The translations under genes and the position numbers were made by a program. DNA of 63,859 nucleotides, the filler included, from Olpidium bornovanus S191 (lineage: Eukaryota > Fungi > Olpidiomycota), in the NCBI GenBank assembly GCA_017911155.1. It is 29 parts of 29 records of this genome, joined end to end, with 100 filler letters (N's around TTAATTAATTAA, not from the genome) between each part and the next. Parts side by side here need not be neighbours in the genome. Positions count along the whole stretch, not along the records: positions 11,254 to 15,209 come from JAEFCI010002198.1; positions 15,310 to 16,400 come from JAEFCI010006240.1; positions 16,501 to 17,701 come from JAEFCI010008980.1; positions 17,802 to 20,117 come from JAEFCI010007215.1; positions 20,218 to 22,644 come from JAEFCI010012501.1; positions 22,745 to 25,236 come from JAEFCI010003223.1; 23 more parts are not named here. One strand, written 5' to 3'. Position 1 is the stretch's first letter. Every line of letters begins with the position of its first letter. This document shows positions 12,725 to 23,812 of this stretch, one piece after another. The notes under the pieces were generated by a model, which worked only from the letters and a program-made list of their open reading frames with translations, ran no database searches and had not been told where the DNA came from.

Positions 12725-15209
12725 CTACTGGGGAATCTCGGACAACGGCGCGAGGGGCGGCGCCTCGCGCGGCGAACTGACCTGTTGCGCCCCCGCCGTT
12801 TGCGGCGGGGGCGGCAGCGGCAGTTGCGGTTGCTGCTGCGTCGATGGCGGTGGCTGCCCCTGCTCCTGCGGCAGCAGCTGCTGATGTTGCTGAGATTGAT
12901 CGTCCGCCGGAGGTGCGTTTGCCAACTTCTGATCGGTAGCGGCAGCCGCCTGGGTTTGTGACGGCGACTCTCGCGGCAGCAGCGGAGGGACAGCAGCCGC
13001 GTTCCCCAACGCGAGTGGCTGGTTCCCCGCGGTGCCGAAGCCGGACTGGCTCCGCTCGAGCTCGCGCCGGAGGGAGGCGTTCTCGCACCGGAGAGCGTCG
13101 TTCTCCCGCATTAACTCCTGAACCTGGCGATCAAGGGTCACCTGGGAAAACCCGTGATGCCCGAGATTAGGCAAAAGATCCCGGAACTGGGGGAACAACG
13201 CTGCACGGCAAAAGCAAACAACTCGGCATACCAAAGTTGCGGAGACATCTCCATATAAAGCTCGAGGCGCCGACGCCCCCCCGTGCGCATCTCTCGGCAT
13301 CACCTTCAACCCCGGAGGGAAGCCCGTGGTTCCGACTCCAAGCTGATACCCTTCGGGCTTCGACTTCGACTGGGATATGCCGAGGGAATTCGTGAATTCG
13401 TTCAGCGCCGCTCGCTGAGCGTCGCTTACCCGCAAAAGATTTTCCAGGTGAGACAGCAGCACGCCCGCCGCGACTGCCACGTCGAATTTCGGCACAGCTG
13501 TCCCGGGCTGCGACCGCAAGGAGGTCGGCGGGCCCGGGAGTGACGACAGGGGGGTGCTCGCGTCGTTATTCAGAGCTGCGTTGAAAACGGTAAAAGAGAA
13601 GTTTTAAGAGCGTGGTCGGAAACACGCTGAGGAGAAACGAACCCAGCCGTACCGCTTGCCTGGTGACCGTCAGTGATAGTGTTTCGCGGCTCGATTCTGG
13701 AATCCACGCTGGACACGGAAAACCGACCCCTTTTCTCCTCGCTCTGATGACCCTGCCCGCCAGTTGTCTCCTGCAACCCGCTACCGGGCCCGGCGGCGGA
13801 CTCCACCGCGAACCTCCCCGTTCGCCCTATTGACGTCTCGTGAGAGAGATTACCTGTTCCGGTGGCCGAGAGTATCGCCCGATTTAGGGGTAAAGCGGGA
13901 CTGCCTGCGCCGCCGCCAGTCTGACATTCCCCGCCGCTGGAGATTTGGCCCAAAACTGGTTCAATCTGGAAACGCGATTTCCTCTCTATAAATCCAGAAA
14001 TAATGAAAGACACAGTCAGGGTCGAGGAGGTGGGCAAGGAGCGGGGGGGGGGGGGGACAGGGGGGGGGGGGGGGGGGGGCAAGGGGCGGGGGGGGGGGGA
14101 GACAGGAGGGGAGGGAAGCGGCAGGAATACGGGCCCTGTTCGTACCTGGGCACTCGGCATCGGAGCGATTACCAACAGAGTCCCAACTGTCCGCCCTTTC
14201 CCGCCGACTTCCGTACTGGCTGTGCAAAGACGAAGTGCAGGGCGAAGTCTGAGTTGTCCCAGGCGTGGAATCAGACGATCCGGTTGTCGCGGACCCCTGC
14301 TGAACCCCGGTAGCAGGTCCTACGCAAAATCTTCCCTTGCGGATTTCGCCATGCGGAGGCTGTTGTTGGCTGACTGGGGATGATGGCGCAGCGTCGGCGT
14401 TTCCCAAGACCGATCCGACTAACTGTTCCTGCTGAGAGATTTTGACTTGAGTCTTCCGTACCGGGCAGCCAGTGGCGGAAGTCACAGTTGATGGCTCCCC
14501 ACATGTGAGTGGTACACCGGAGCCCGCGTCTGTAACGGTGGACTCGGCACCATTGACCATAAATCTGCCCCTCTTCTGCTGAGCCTGGCCCTCGTGCTGT
14601 GCTGACTGCTTCAGTTGGAAAGAGGAGAGTTCTTGACCCGGCGACAATGACCGCGAAGGGTCGGGATCCCCACGTGGTTCATGTCGGAACAAAAATTTTC
14701 GCTCTTGACGGCTTTTCTCAGAAGAAGCGTCTTCATTCCCCTCAGCGCGCTCCGATGTTCGTCCATCGCTCCCATCAGCTGACGTCACTGACAATACCGA
14801 CCCGTCACTCTTGTAGTCATCGTCCTCATCCACGCTGCTGAAATCCCAGGACACCCCTTTTGCGAACGATGCGGAATTTGAATGCTGCTCTGGAACGGAA
14901 AGAGTTAAAACATGGAACATCGACGTCTCTCTGGGCGGATGCCGAATCGCAACTGGGTGGTCAACCTACTCTTCAAGGGACGGTCCTGAATCGGCGGCAG
15001 ATTCTGGATGAGGCTGACTAGATGACGACGTTTCTTCGCTTGCTTAAAAAAAGGATGCTGCAACAATTTTTCGGCCGTTGGCCTGTTCCGTTTACGGGCG
15101 GGATGTCAGAGCGCCTCGAGGCCGACGCAGGACAAAACGCCCAGAAAAGCGGGCCGTTGATGCGTTTCCTTTGCTGCACCTCTTTGACGGGTCTTTCTGC
15201 AAACACATG
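12725..15209 (-). CDS. Ste20-family Fray/OSR1/SPAK-like kinase: end of catalytic domain plus long regulatory tail; 5' truncated
   Basis: Segment end reads MCLQKDPSKR|PTAEKLLQHPFFKQAKK (subdomain XI). It is followed by a KGVSWDF motif, a low-complexity tail, LLSHLENLLRVSDAQRAAL and the coiled coil LDRQVQELMRENDALRCENASLRRELE. From recall, the layout resembles plant and amoebozoan OSR1/Fray-like kinases. Confidence 0.72.
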
Positions 15210-15309
15210 NNNNNNNNNNNNNNNNNNNNNNNNNNNNNNNNNNNNNNNNNNNNTTAATTAATTAANNNNNNNNNNNNNNNNNNNNNNNNNNNNNNNNNNN
15301 NNNNNNNNN

Positions 15310-16323
15310 CATGCTGATAATCTGCCCCGTATCCGTGCCCCCGATCAAGTAGAAACGGTATTTCCCGGATTTTAGTACGGGCTCGCCGTACAGCTCCAGC
15401 GTGGTTAAGTGATTGCACCTTTCCTGCAATCCTTTTCAAAGATCGGACGGGTCGGGACGCGTGAATTTGAAGATCAGTAGACGCGTACACCCCTTCTCGC
15501 CCTCTCGCTTCAAACAGCAAAAACAAAACGTGGCGTTCGGCACCTGTCGGCTCCCAGACTTCTTCGACCTTGCAAGGATTCAAACTCGCGTTGTATTTCA
15601 CGATGTCCCCGTTGGAATTCAGCCCGTAAATGCGTTCTGCGGTTCGGGCCGCGTTGCGTGAGAAAGTTCAAGAAAAATATCTCATCCCGCAAACAGGCAT
15701 TTTTTTTTACTAAAAAAAAAAAAACCAAAAAAAAAACCAAAAAAAAAAACCAAAAAAAAAACCAAAAAAAAAACCAAAAAAAAACCAAAAAAAAAGAAAA
15801 AGAAAAAAGAAAAAGAAAGGAAAAAAGCCCGTACCGTCCTCGATGTTGTAAAACACGTCCTGGACCGCCACGTCTTTGAAGACGGGAAACCCGGTCACGA
15901 GGACGTTGCCGGTCACGGGGCTGATCAGGCGCACGCTGCCGTCTTCCGTCGCGCAGACGATGCGCGGCGGCACCTTCGGGTGCGAGACCCTGCGCATGCG
16001 CGTCACGCGCGACCGGAGGTAGCAGAAGACGAACTGGTAGCGGTTCAGGCTCCAGATGTACACGTTGCGCTTGCTGAAGTGGAGGAACATGTCTCCCTGC
16101 ACGTAGCTCAGGCCCGCGCACTCCTGCTGGGTGTCCAGCCGGTACACGCACTGCAGGGTCTCGAGGTTGTACATCCGGATCGTCCCGTCCATGCAGCCGG
16201 AGAGAACCGCGGGGGGCGGCGGCACCGCGGGCGACGCGGACGGCAGGAGCATCAGGCCGGTGATGACGTTGAGGTTGTCTCGAAACTCGTGCACCAGGTA
16301 GTACTGCGAGTTCCATATCTTGA
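15310..16323 (-). CDS. WD40-repeat protein, WDR87/WDR97-like; internal fragment
   Basis: VKIWNSQYYLVHEFRDN...LSGCMDGTIRMYNLETLQCVYRLDT...RIVCATEDGSVRLISPVTG...FYLIGGTDTGQIISM contains WD40 blades. Family assignment is from recall. Confidence 0.65.
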
Positions 16324-16500
16324 CTGCGGGGGGGAGAAGAAAACAAAATACGAAACAAAATTAATGACCACCACGTGCCAAGCTGCATGCCAACGGCGGG
16401 NNNNNNNNNNNNNNNNNNNNNNNNNNNNNNNNNNNNNNNNNNNNTTAATTAATTAANNNNNNNNNNNNNNNNNNNNNNNNNNNNNNNNNNNNNNNNNNNN

Positions 16501-17325
16501 CCCCGCGACCAGGTCGCCGTTTTCGTCGTCTTCCGGGCCGATCCCGGTGTACTCGGTCGTCATCTGCTCGAGGACTTCTCCGGGGGCGTTGACGAACCGC
16601 GCGAGGCACGCCTTTTGCATGCTGCGGATTGATTTCCTCGTGAACCGGGGGTTGTGGCCGTGCACGCTCACTTCCGTGAGCGCCGGCCACCACGTCATGG
16701 CCTCCAGGCTCGTCTTCGTCAGCTCGAGGCAGCGGTCGATGCAGAGGACGCGGAGCACGGGCGGGGTCCCCGGCGGCGCGGACCCGTTCTTGGGCGCGCA
16801 CATGCGCAGGATGCCGCGGTCGGAGACGCAGGAGCCGGCGATGTTCAGCTCCTGGAGCCGGTCGACGCAGATGGCCGCGGCGACGGAGTCATCCACGGCG
16901 CGGCCCAGGTCGGGCAGGCGCAGGCGCTCGATCTTCGGCGACCTGCTGAGCACGCTGCTCAGGGCCCTTCGAAGGCTGCGGAGCTGCGCCACCTGGGGCC
17001 GGACGACGCAGCCGCCGCCGGCGGCGGCGGCGAAGGCGTGACTTTCGCCGGCGGACACGCCGGACAGGTCGAGCTCGCGCACGTCGAAGGCGAAAGCGGC
17101 GAACTTGACGAACTGCTCGAGGGTGCGGAAGGAGCCGGAGGCCTGCTGGTACAGGACCTCGCGCGCGGGCTCGTACCAGATGCGGCACACCATGGTGCAC
17201 GCGACCTGGGACTGGCGGGGCAGGCGGCGGAAGACGTTGGGCAGGAGCTCGACGGGGAGGTGGTGGTGACGCGGCCTCTGCGCGGGGAACGCGGGGGCGG
17301 GGTGCTGGGAAGCGCGCCGGCCCAT
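16501..17325 (-). CDS. F-box / RNI-like leucine-rich-repeat protein; 3' truncated
   Basis: F-box HHLPVELLPNVFRRLPRQSQVACTMVCRIWYEPAREVLY, then LRRs (VRELDLSG, IERLRLPD, LQELNIAGSCVSDRGI, LRVLCIDRCLELTKTSL). Confidence 0.85.
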
Positions 17326-17904
17326 GGCTTTTGTTTTTTTTTTTTTTTTTTTTTTTTTTTTTGTTTTTTTTTTTTTTTTTTGTCGTCTTCTTTTCTTTCT
17401 CAGTTCTCTCTCTCTCTCTATCTTTCTCGCTGGACCGCCGCGCGGAGGAGGAGGAGGAGGACGCGGGGGGGGGAAGGGAGGGCGGAGAGGGGAGAGGAAG
17501 AGTGTGGCGCGGAGGGGGCGCCCCCCGGTTTCCTTCTTTATTTTTAATTTTTGTTTTGTTTTTTTTTTTTCTTCTCTCTCTCAGCTCTTTCTCTCTCTCT
17601 CTCTTTACCTCTCAGCCCGCGCAGCCGCAGCAGCCCCTTCCCCTCCCCGCGCGCGCAGCCCCTCCCCCTCTTCCCCGTTGGGGGCTCCCCCCCCCCCCCC
17701 CNNNNNNNNNNNNNNNNNNNNNNNNNNNNNNNNNNNNNNNNNNNNTTAATTAATTAANNNNNNNNNNNNNNNNNNNNNNNNNNNNNNNNNNNNNNNNNNN
17801 NACGCCAGACGCATAGATACGGCTTTCCTTCTCGGAAAGTCTCCCGCTGCCCTCCGTAAACATTACTACGAATCTCAATTGCAAATCGTATTATGTTGTC
17901 GCAT

Positions 17905-20117
17905 TTATTGTATAATACATGAACCCCGTCGAATTCGCGGGATTCTCGTGTTTCGGAAGGGATTCTCAGAAGGGGCGCAGTTGATCTCTCTATCTTGCGC
18001 GGTGCCTGAAAAGCCTGCGGGAATCATCAGCACCCGGAAGTCATCAGCGCTCGAGGCTCCTGGCGCGGCTGCTGAGGCGCCGGCACCGGCGCGGTTCGGC
18101 GCTCGCCGCTTTTTGCAGGGCGGGGAGGGGAGGGGGCGTCGCCCCGCCGGGGACCTGCTGCGGCGCCCGCGCGCCCGCGGCGTCGGGTCCGGCGCACGGT
18201 CGCTTCCGCGGGACGAGCACCCGCGCCGGGCCGCCGGCGGGGGCCTCGCCGCCGCCCGCGGCCCGGGCGCGGAGGCCGGGGCCGTGTCCGCTTCCGGCCG
18301 GCGTCGGCGGTTCCGCGCGCGCCGGATCCACGCGCGCCCGCGCGGCTGGGCGGCGGCGCCGGGAAGGAGGCGACCCCCGCCGCCGCCGATGCCGCCGCCG
18401 CCGGTGAAATCCTTCTGGCGGAAGCCGAGGACTCGGCCGCGCCACCCGCACACGGGACAAGGGTGCGACGGCGCCCTCCAGCCTGTCCGCGCGCCGGGGT
18501 CCCGGCCGCGCGCCGCCGCCGCCGCCGCCGCCGCCGCGTTCTCCCGGCAGGACTTGCAGAGCACGCGGCGGCACCCGCCGCACCGGTCCAGCCGCGGGAA
18601 AAACGTGATCATGCGGCCGGGGGCGTCGTACGGGTCGATGTCGCAGTTCGTGACGTCGCCGCAGCCCTGGCACACCTGCTTCGCGCAGATGGCGCAGCGG
18701 TCCAGGAGCGGGCGGTGGAGGGGGTTGCTGCAGCTGCGCGGGCACGCCGGGTCCGCAAAGTGGCCCCGCCCGTCGGCGCAGTGCCGGCAGTACTCCGCGC
18801 CGCAAGTCTCGCAGCGGACGTGGTTGACGTAGCTCGGCGCCTCCAGGTACGACCCGCCTTCGCTTTCTTCCGACGACGAGCCTGTGAGGAGGTTTTGATG
18901 TTCCGGGTTTCCTCTTGGGCACGCTGCGCCAACGACCACCCCGCTCGGCGAGCACACGGAGCACCGGGCGTGCGCGATGTGCCCGACGCACTCCTCGCAG
19001 AAGTCCCGGGTGCACGGCTCGCGACCGGAATTGACCGGGCACACGACCGTGAAGTCCACGGGGCGGCACCTGTTGGGCGAGCTTCTGCAGTACACGGCGC
19101 CCCGGCACAGGGGCCCCGGACACGAGTCGATCAGGTGCCGCAGGTCGTCGCCGGTCTGTGCGAACCGCACGGAGCCGCAGTCGGCGCAGACGGCCGAGTA
19201 GGCGCAGAACTGGCAGTACCAGCTGTTCGACGACCGCGCGGGGTTCCGCGAGTGCGTCGCCGGCGCGGCGCATTTGTAAAGGCGGCAGTCGCGGCACACG
19301 GCGGCGCCGCAGTGGCAAACGGCAGCGTCCGCCCGCCGGCACGCCCGGCACAGGTCCAGGTCCTTCCGCCTGCAGATGCAGCACTCGCGGTCCAGCACGA
19401 ACCTGGCTCCGCACCGCGCGCAGGGGAAAAGGTCGAGTTCCACTCTCGCGTCGAACAGGAGCGGGGATCCAAGCAGCCCCTGCAGCCGCAAAGCCGCGAC
19501 GCTCGTCGGGCTGTCCATCCCGTCCTCCACCGGCGACCACGCCGTCGCCGGAACTGCCGTGATGTCCAGCGATCTCAGCGCACAGATCCCGGTCCGCGTG
19601 CTGCCGGCTTCCTGGCGCGTCTGCAGCAGCGCCGCAAACTCCTGCTCAAGCTCGTCCAGGTAGATCTTCTTGGCGTTCCTCAGGGACATGTGCCGCAAGG
19701 CGAGACACTGGGTGGTGGCTTTCGTCACGTCGTACGAGCTGGCAGACGACCAGGCCAGGTCCAGTGTCACCAGCTTGTTCCAACTCTGCCTGGTCTCGTC
19801 GATCGACAGCAGGTAGTCTGGCGGCTTCGACTCCCAACCCGTGCTCCACGGCGTCGCGAGGTCGTCGTTGGGCAGGTTACCCGAGAGGGAAACTGTCAAC
19901 GATTCGCACCGCCGGACGCGCAGCTCGTGCAGGTGGGGGAAAAGCCGCAGCGGCAGCTCCGGTGTGAAGTGGCAGTTCTCGATCCACAGCGACCATACTG
20001 AATTGCAGAACCACCCATTCGCCAGCACCAGCACCGCCGGCACCGCCAGCACCAGCACCGCCGGCACCGCCAGCACCAGCACCGCCGGCACCGCCAGCAC
20101 CAGCACCAGCACCACCA
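17905..20117 (-). CDS. LRR-like protein with extended Cys-rich (multi-CxxC) C-terminal array; 5' truncated, uninterrupted 736-codon ORF
   Basis: LRR-type strands (LHELRVRRCESL, LVTLDLAWS, LRHMSLRNA, LRSLDIT), then 44 Cys including 15 CxxC pairs between 18448 and 19422. Confidence 0.75.
20021..20117. repeat. 24-bp tandem repeat, three copies plus a partial
   Basis: (gccagcaccagcaccgccggcacc)x3, then agcacc reiterations up to the segment end. Confidence 0.9.
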
Positions 20118-20332
20118 NNNNNNNNNNNNNNNNNNNNNNNNNNNNNNNNNNNNNNNNNNNNTTAATTAATTAANNNNNNNNNNNNNNNNNNNNNNNNNNN
20201 NNNNNNNNNNNNNNNNNACGCCGAAGAGCCGTACAAGGACGCCGGGGCAGGCGAATCACCCCGCCGATTTCGGGCGCCATTTCTGGGCGACGCGCTGAAG
20301 AAGATTGACCGAACGACGTCGAAGAGAGTGGG

Positions 20333-20376
<44 letters not shown>

Positions 20377-20384
20377 AGGGGGGG

Positions 20385-20419
<35 letters not shown>

Positions 20420-20448
20420 AAAAGCATAAACGCCAAAAGCAAACGGCT

Positions 20449-21682
20449 ATGCCGGCTCGCCCGAGCCGCGACGTTTCGGTGAAGCTGCGCTCGCCGACCG
20501 ACCAGTCCGCCCCCGCCGCCACGATCCGGCGCATGGCCGTCCGCGAGCCCGAAGTGGTGGGGGTGCCGGTCCAGCTCCAGCCCGTGCAGCTCCCGCAGAA
20601 AAAGCCGCCGCCGCAGCACCAGGCCGCCGCCGCCGCAAAGCAGCAGCAGCAGCACCAGCACCAGCAGCACCAGCACCAGCAGCTCCTGCAGGGCCCGCAC
20701 GATCAGCCGCAGAGGCTCCTCCGCTGCGACCAGCTTCAGCACCCGCCGCACGCAGGGGACCACGCCAGGCAGCGCGCCGCCGGCAGGTCCGGTAACGTCG
20801 CCGTCGACGGCGGGCACATGTCGGTCGGCCTCATTTCGAGGAAACCGCGGTCGGTCGCCTACTTCCTGGACATGGAGGGCCCCGAGGAAAGGAAACGGAG
20901 GCTGGCCGCCGCGCTCGCCGCCGCGGCCGCGGGCGCGCCCCCCGGGAAGTTCTGCCACCCTCGACTGTCCGCCGCGCCCCTCCCGTCGCTGCGGTCCCCC
21001 ACGACCTCCTCTTTCGAGGCGTCGTCGACCGCCGTGACGGCCCGGTTGGCCCGCACCGTGGTGGCGCCGCCGAGGCCCTCCGACGCCCAGCCGCAGTTCC
21101 GAAACTGCCCGGTCCCTTCGCCGCACCCTCCCCAGCCGCGGGCCATCGGCCAAACCGACCAGGACCTCGCTGCGGCGCTCGAGGCTAAATGCTCCCGCGC
21201 CAGCGCCCGCCGCGCCGCGCTCCTCCGGGAGAGGAGCCAGGCCCTCCGGAGGCGCTTCGAGATGGTGCGCCACCGCGCGCTCCTCCAGCAGCACAGGCGC
21301 CACATCACGGCCGTGCGCTTCCGCGCCTACCACGAGTTCTCCATGTCCGCCGCGTTCCTGAAGCGCCAGCTCCTGATCCGGCAGCGGGCAACCATCTGCG
21401 GCGCCGCGGTCGAGCGGGCCCACGGCATCGCGCTGCTCAGCCGCCTGCGGAAGGAAGTGAAACTCCGCCGGGCGTACTCCGAGTCGCTCGCCGGTCGCCT
21501 CCGGGATTCCGCGGGCGTCGACGCGCCGGCGCGCGCCGCCCGGGGCCGGAGCGCCAGCGTTTCCGCGAACGCCGTCTCTTCCGACCGGTACCTGTCGTCT
21601 AGCGGCGCTCAAACGCGCAGTCGTTCTGCCACCATCAGCCACGTGCGCATGGCGTCGCACCCCGCTCACCAGAAGCATACTT

Positions 21683-21719
<37 letters not shown>

Positions 21720-22602
21720 CAACCGTCTCGCGTCGTCCTCCGATGCCGAGGAGCCCGCGGGCGAGGAGGACCTGCGGTCGCGCCGGAACAGCGTGCTTCT
21801 CTCCTCGGCGGGCTCGCACGTCCCGGAGGGGACGCTGGAGTGGGAGCAGTGGCTGCAGAACGCGCGCGAATCGGTTCAAGAGCCGCTGTTGTCTGCCACG
21901 CCGCTTAGCCGGCGGGGATCGCTCGCCTCCGCCGCGTGCTCGGACCCGGGGCCCGACAAGGACGTGCTGCGGCTGTCGTCGATTTTGTCCTCGGTGCAGG
22001 AAGTCGCGGGCGAGGACCTCAGGTCGTGGGACGAGGAACTGGCGCTGGCCAGGCGAATCAAAGAGCTGCGTCCGCCCATCACCCGGACGACGCTGGCGGA
22101 GCTGGACCTGGAGGAGATGGAGCAGAACGCGCAGCTGCGCCACGACCTGGTGTTTGACCCCAAGCTCGAGTTCCGCCCGAACCTCGCCGGCGAAGCCGGG
22201 GCGGCGAAGAGGGCGCGGTGGGAAAGCTACTGGAGCGCGCTGCGGCTGGAGCTCGAAGGTTCCGAAGGCGCCGGCGGCGGCGACCACGTCCCCTGCACGA
22301 CCCGCGTGCCGGTCCTCGTGTTCGAGATACGCCAGATCCTCGAGATGGTTCTCGACTGCGACTCCCTGGCCGACCTTCGCCAGGAGATCAGGTCCCGGAC
22401 CGACGTCGGCCTCATCGCCCAGGAGCTCGCCCACGGCGCCTTCGACATCCCGGCCTTCGTCGGCTGGCTGGCGTCCATCCTACGCAGCCACTGCCGCCCG
22501 GAGCGCGTCGCCAAAGTCGACCGCATGGTCGAAGCAGCCGACCAGGGGAGATACGCGGAAGCCTTCAAGGTCGTTTTTGAGGTGTTGGAGCTGATGAAAC
22601 TC
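20449..22602 (+). CDS. SOK1: Tcp11/Sok1-family protein; first large exon, 3' truncated
   Basis: RPPITRTTLAELDL...QLRHDLVFDPKLEFRPNLAGEAG...YWSAL...HCRPERVAKVDRMV is the fungal Sok1/Tcp11 signature. Donor GTGAGT at 22603. Confidence 0.88.
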
Positions 22603-23160
22603 GTGAGTCACGTTCGGCTCCCGCCGCCCCTACTCCATTACCTGNNNNNNNNNNNNNNNNNNNNNNNNNNNNNNNNNNNNNNNNNNNNTTAATTAATTAA
22701 NNNNNNNNNNNNNNNNNNNNNNNNNNNNNNNNNNNNNNNNNNNNCATGTATAGACGATGATACGGACGTCCAAGTATGCGATTGAAAAACGGCACATTTA
22801 AAACTTCACAAAATAAAACGGACACGAAGAGATACGGAAGGTCAAACCAGCAGTTGTATTGTCGTTATCACAAATTTTCAAAGAGCAAAGTGAGAATACA
22901 TTCAGACCTCGACGGCTGTGCGCGGCTTGCGCAAACGGACGGTGCGGCTGCGCTTTTCTCGCGGCGCTACGGGCGAACGATGATTACACGTGCGGCCGGC
23001 GTTCAGCAGCGATCATGGGCCGGGGGGAGTCCCGTCGGGCGTCTCACTTTTGGCGATTCTTTTTCGCGCGCAGGAGAGCTGATTTGAAAATCGGAGATAG
23101 AACAATATCCTACCTTGTCCCCTTCGTCTGGATGCTGGGACTTCCTTTGAATAGACAATT

Positions 23161-23654
23161 TTACCTGCCAGGCCTACAAAGAAAGGTGTTATTTAAAGTG
23201 ATGTAGCACATAAAATCTAGCCCCTGGCCATTTACATTGTCAAGAACTTCATTTCTCCATTTCATCACTTCGTCAGACTCTTCTACTTTCCATCCTTTAG
23301 GAAAAACGTGAGAAGGTGCAAGCTTTTTCACCGAGTTTCTCACTCTCTTGTTCTTCCTTTTAGAAGACTAAAATGCAAAAATTAAGGTGAAAATATTGAA
23401 GAAGGTTATATATTGGAAATTCTAATTTCACCTTATCAACAGAGGCAGCAGCTGTGGAGAAAGCTTTAAAATTGGGAGAAAAAAAATAGATTAACAACAG
23501 GTAGGGCTAGTACAGTTTGCTTAATGAAATTATTCATAGCCAACCAGTTTTTGAGCTCACTGCTGGTTTCTTTCTCCAGTCCATTTTCCAAGGCAATCTC
23601 GAGAAATGTTCCGGCAATATGGGTACAATCTTCCAGGGAAGGAGAAGGATACAT
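23161..23654 (-). CDS. Putative small spliced gene of unknown function, head-to-head with PRP38, in a lower-GC stretch
   Basis: Open segments MYPSPSLEDCTHIAGTFLEIALENGLEKETSSELKNWLAMNNFIKQ and RKNKRVRNSVKKLAPSHVFPKGWKVEESDEVMKWRNEVLDNV are separated by T-rich intron-like DNA. No family recognised. Confidence 0.3.
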
Positions 23655-23812
23655 TACCCAGGGGGACAGGACGGCGGGCCGGTAACGTAAGAGGGGCCAC
23701 GTGACCTCACTGTTTCTGGCGCCTCTCAACAAAAACGACCGTTCGTGGCCGTCGAGAACCCAAAAAAAAAGAAGGAACCCATTCGCACTTGCCAGCGCCG
23801 TCGACGCCCACC

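Noticed and set aside
15310-20117. WD40, F-box/LRR and LRR/Cys-rich genes in a row, suggesting one gene or an SCF cluster
   Set aside because: Three separate segments. Frames and domains do not continue across the linkers.
20170-22434. 754-aa minus-strand ORF and similar long antisense ORFs (18463-20001, 16654-17547, 34851-35450)
   Set aside because: Shadow ORFs opposite real GC3-rich genes; stop codons are rare on the antisense strand at this GC content.
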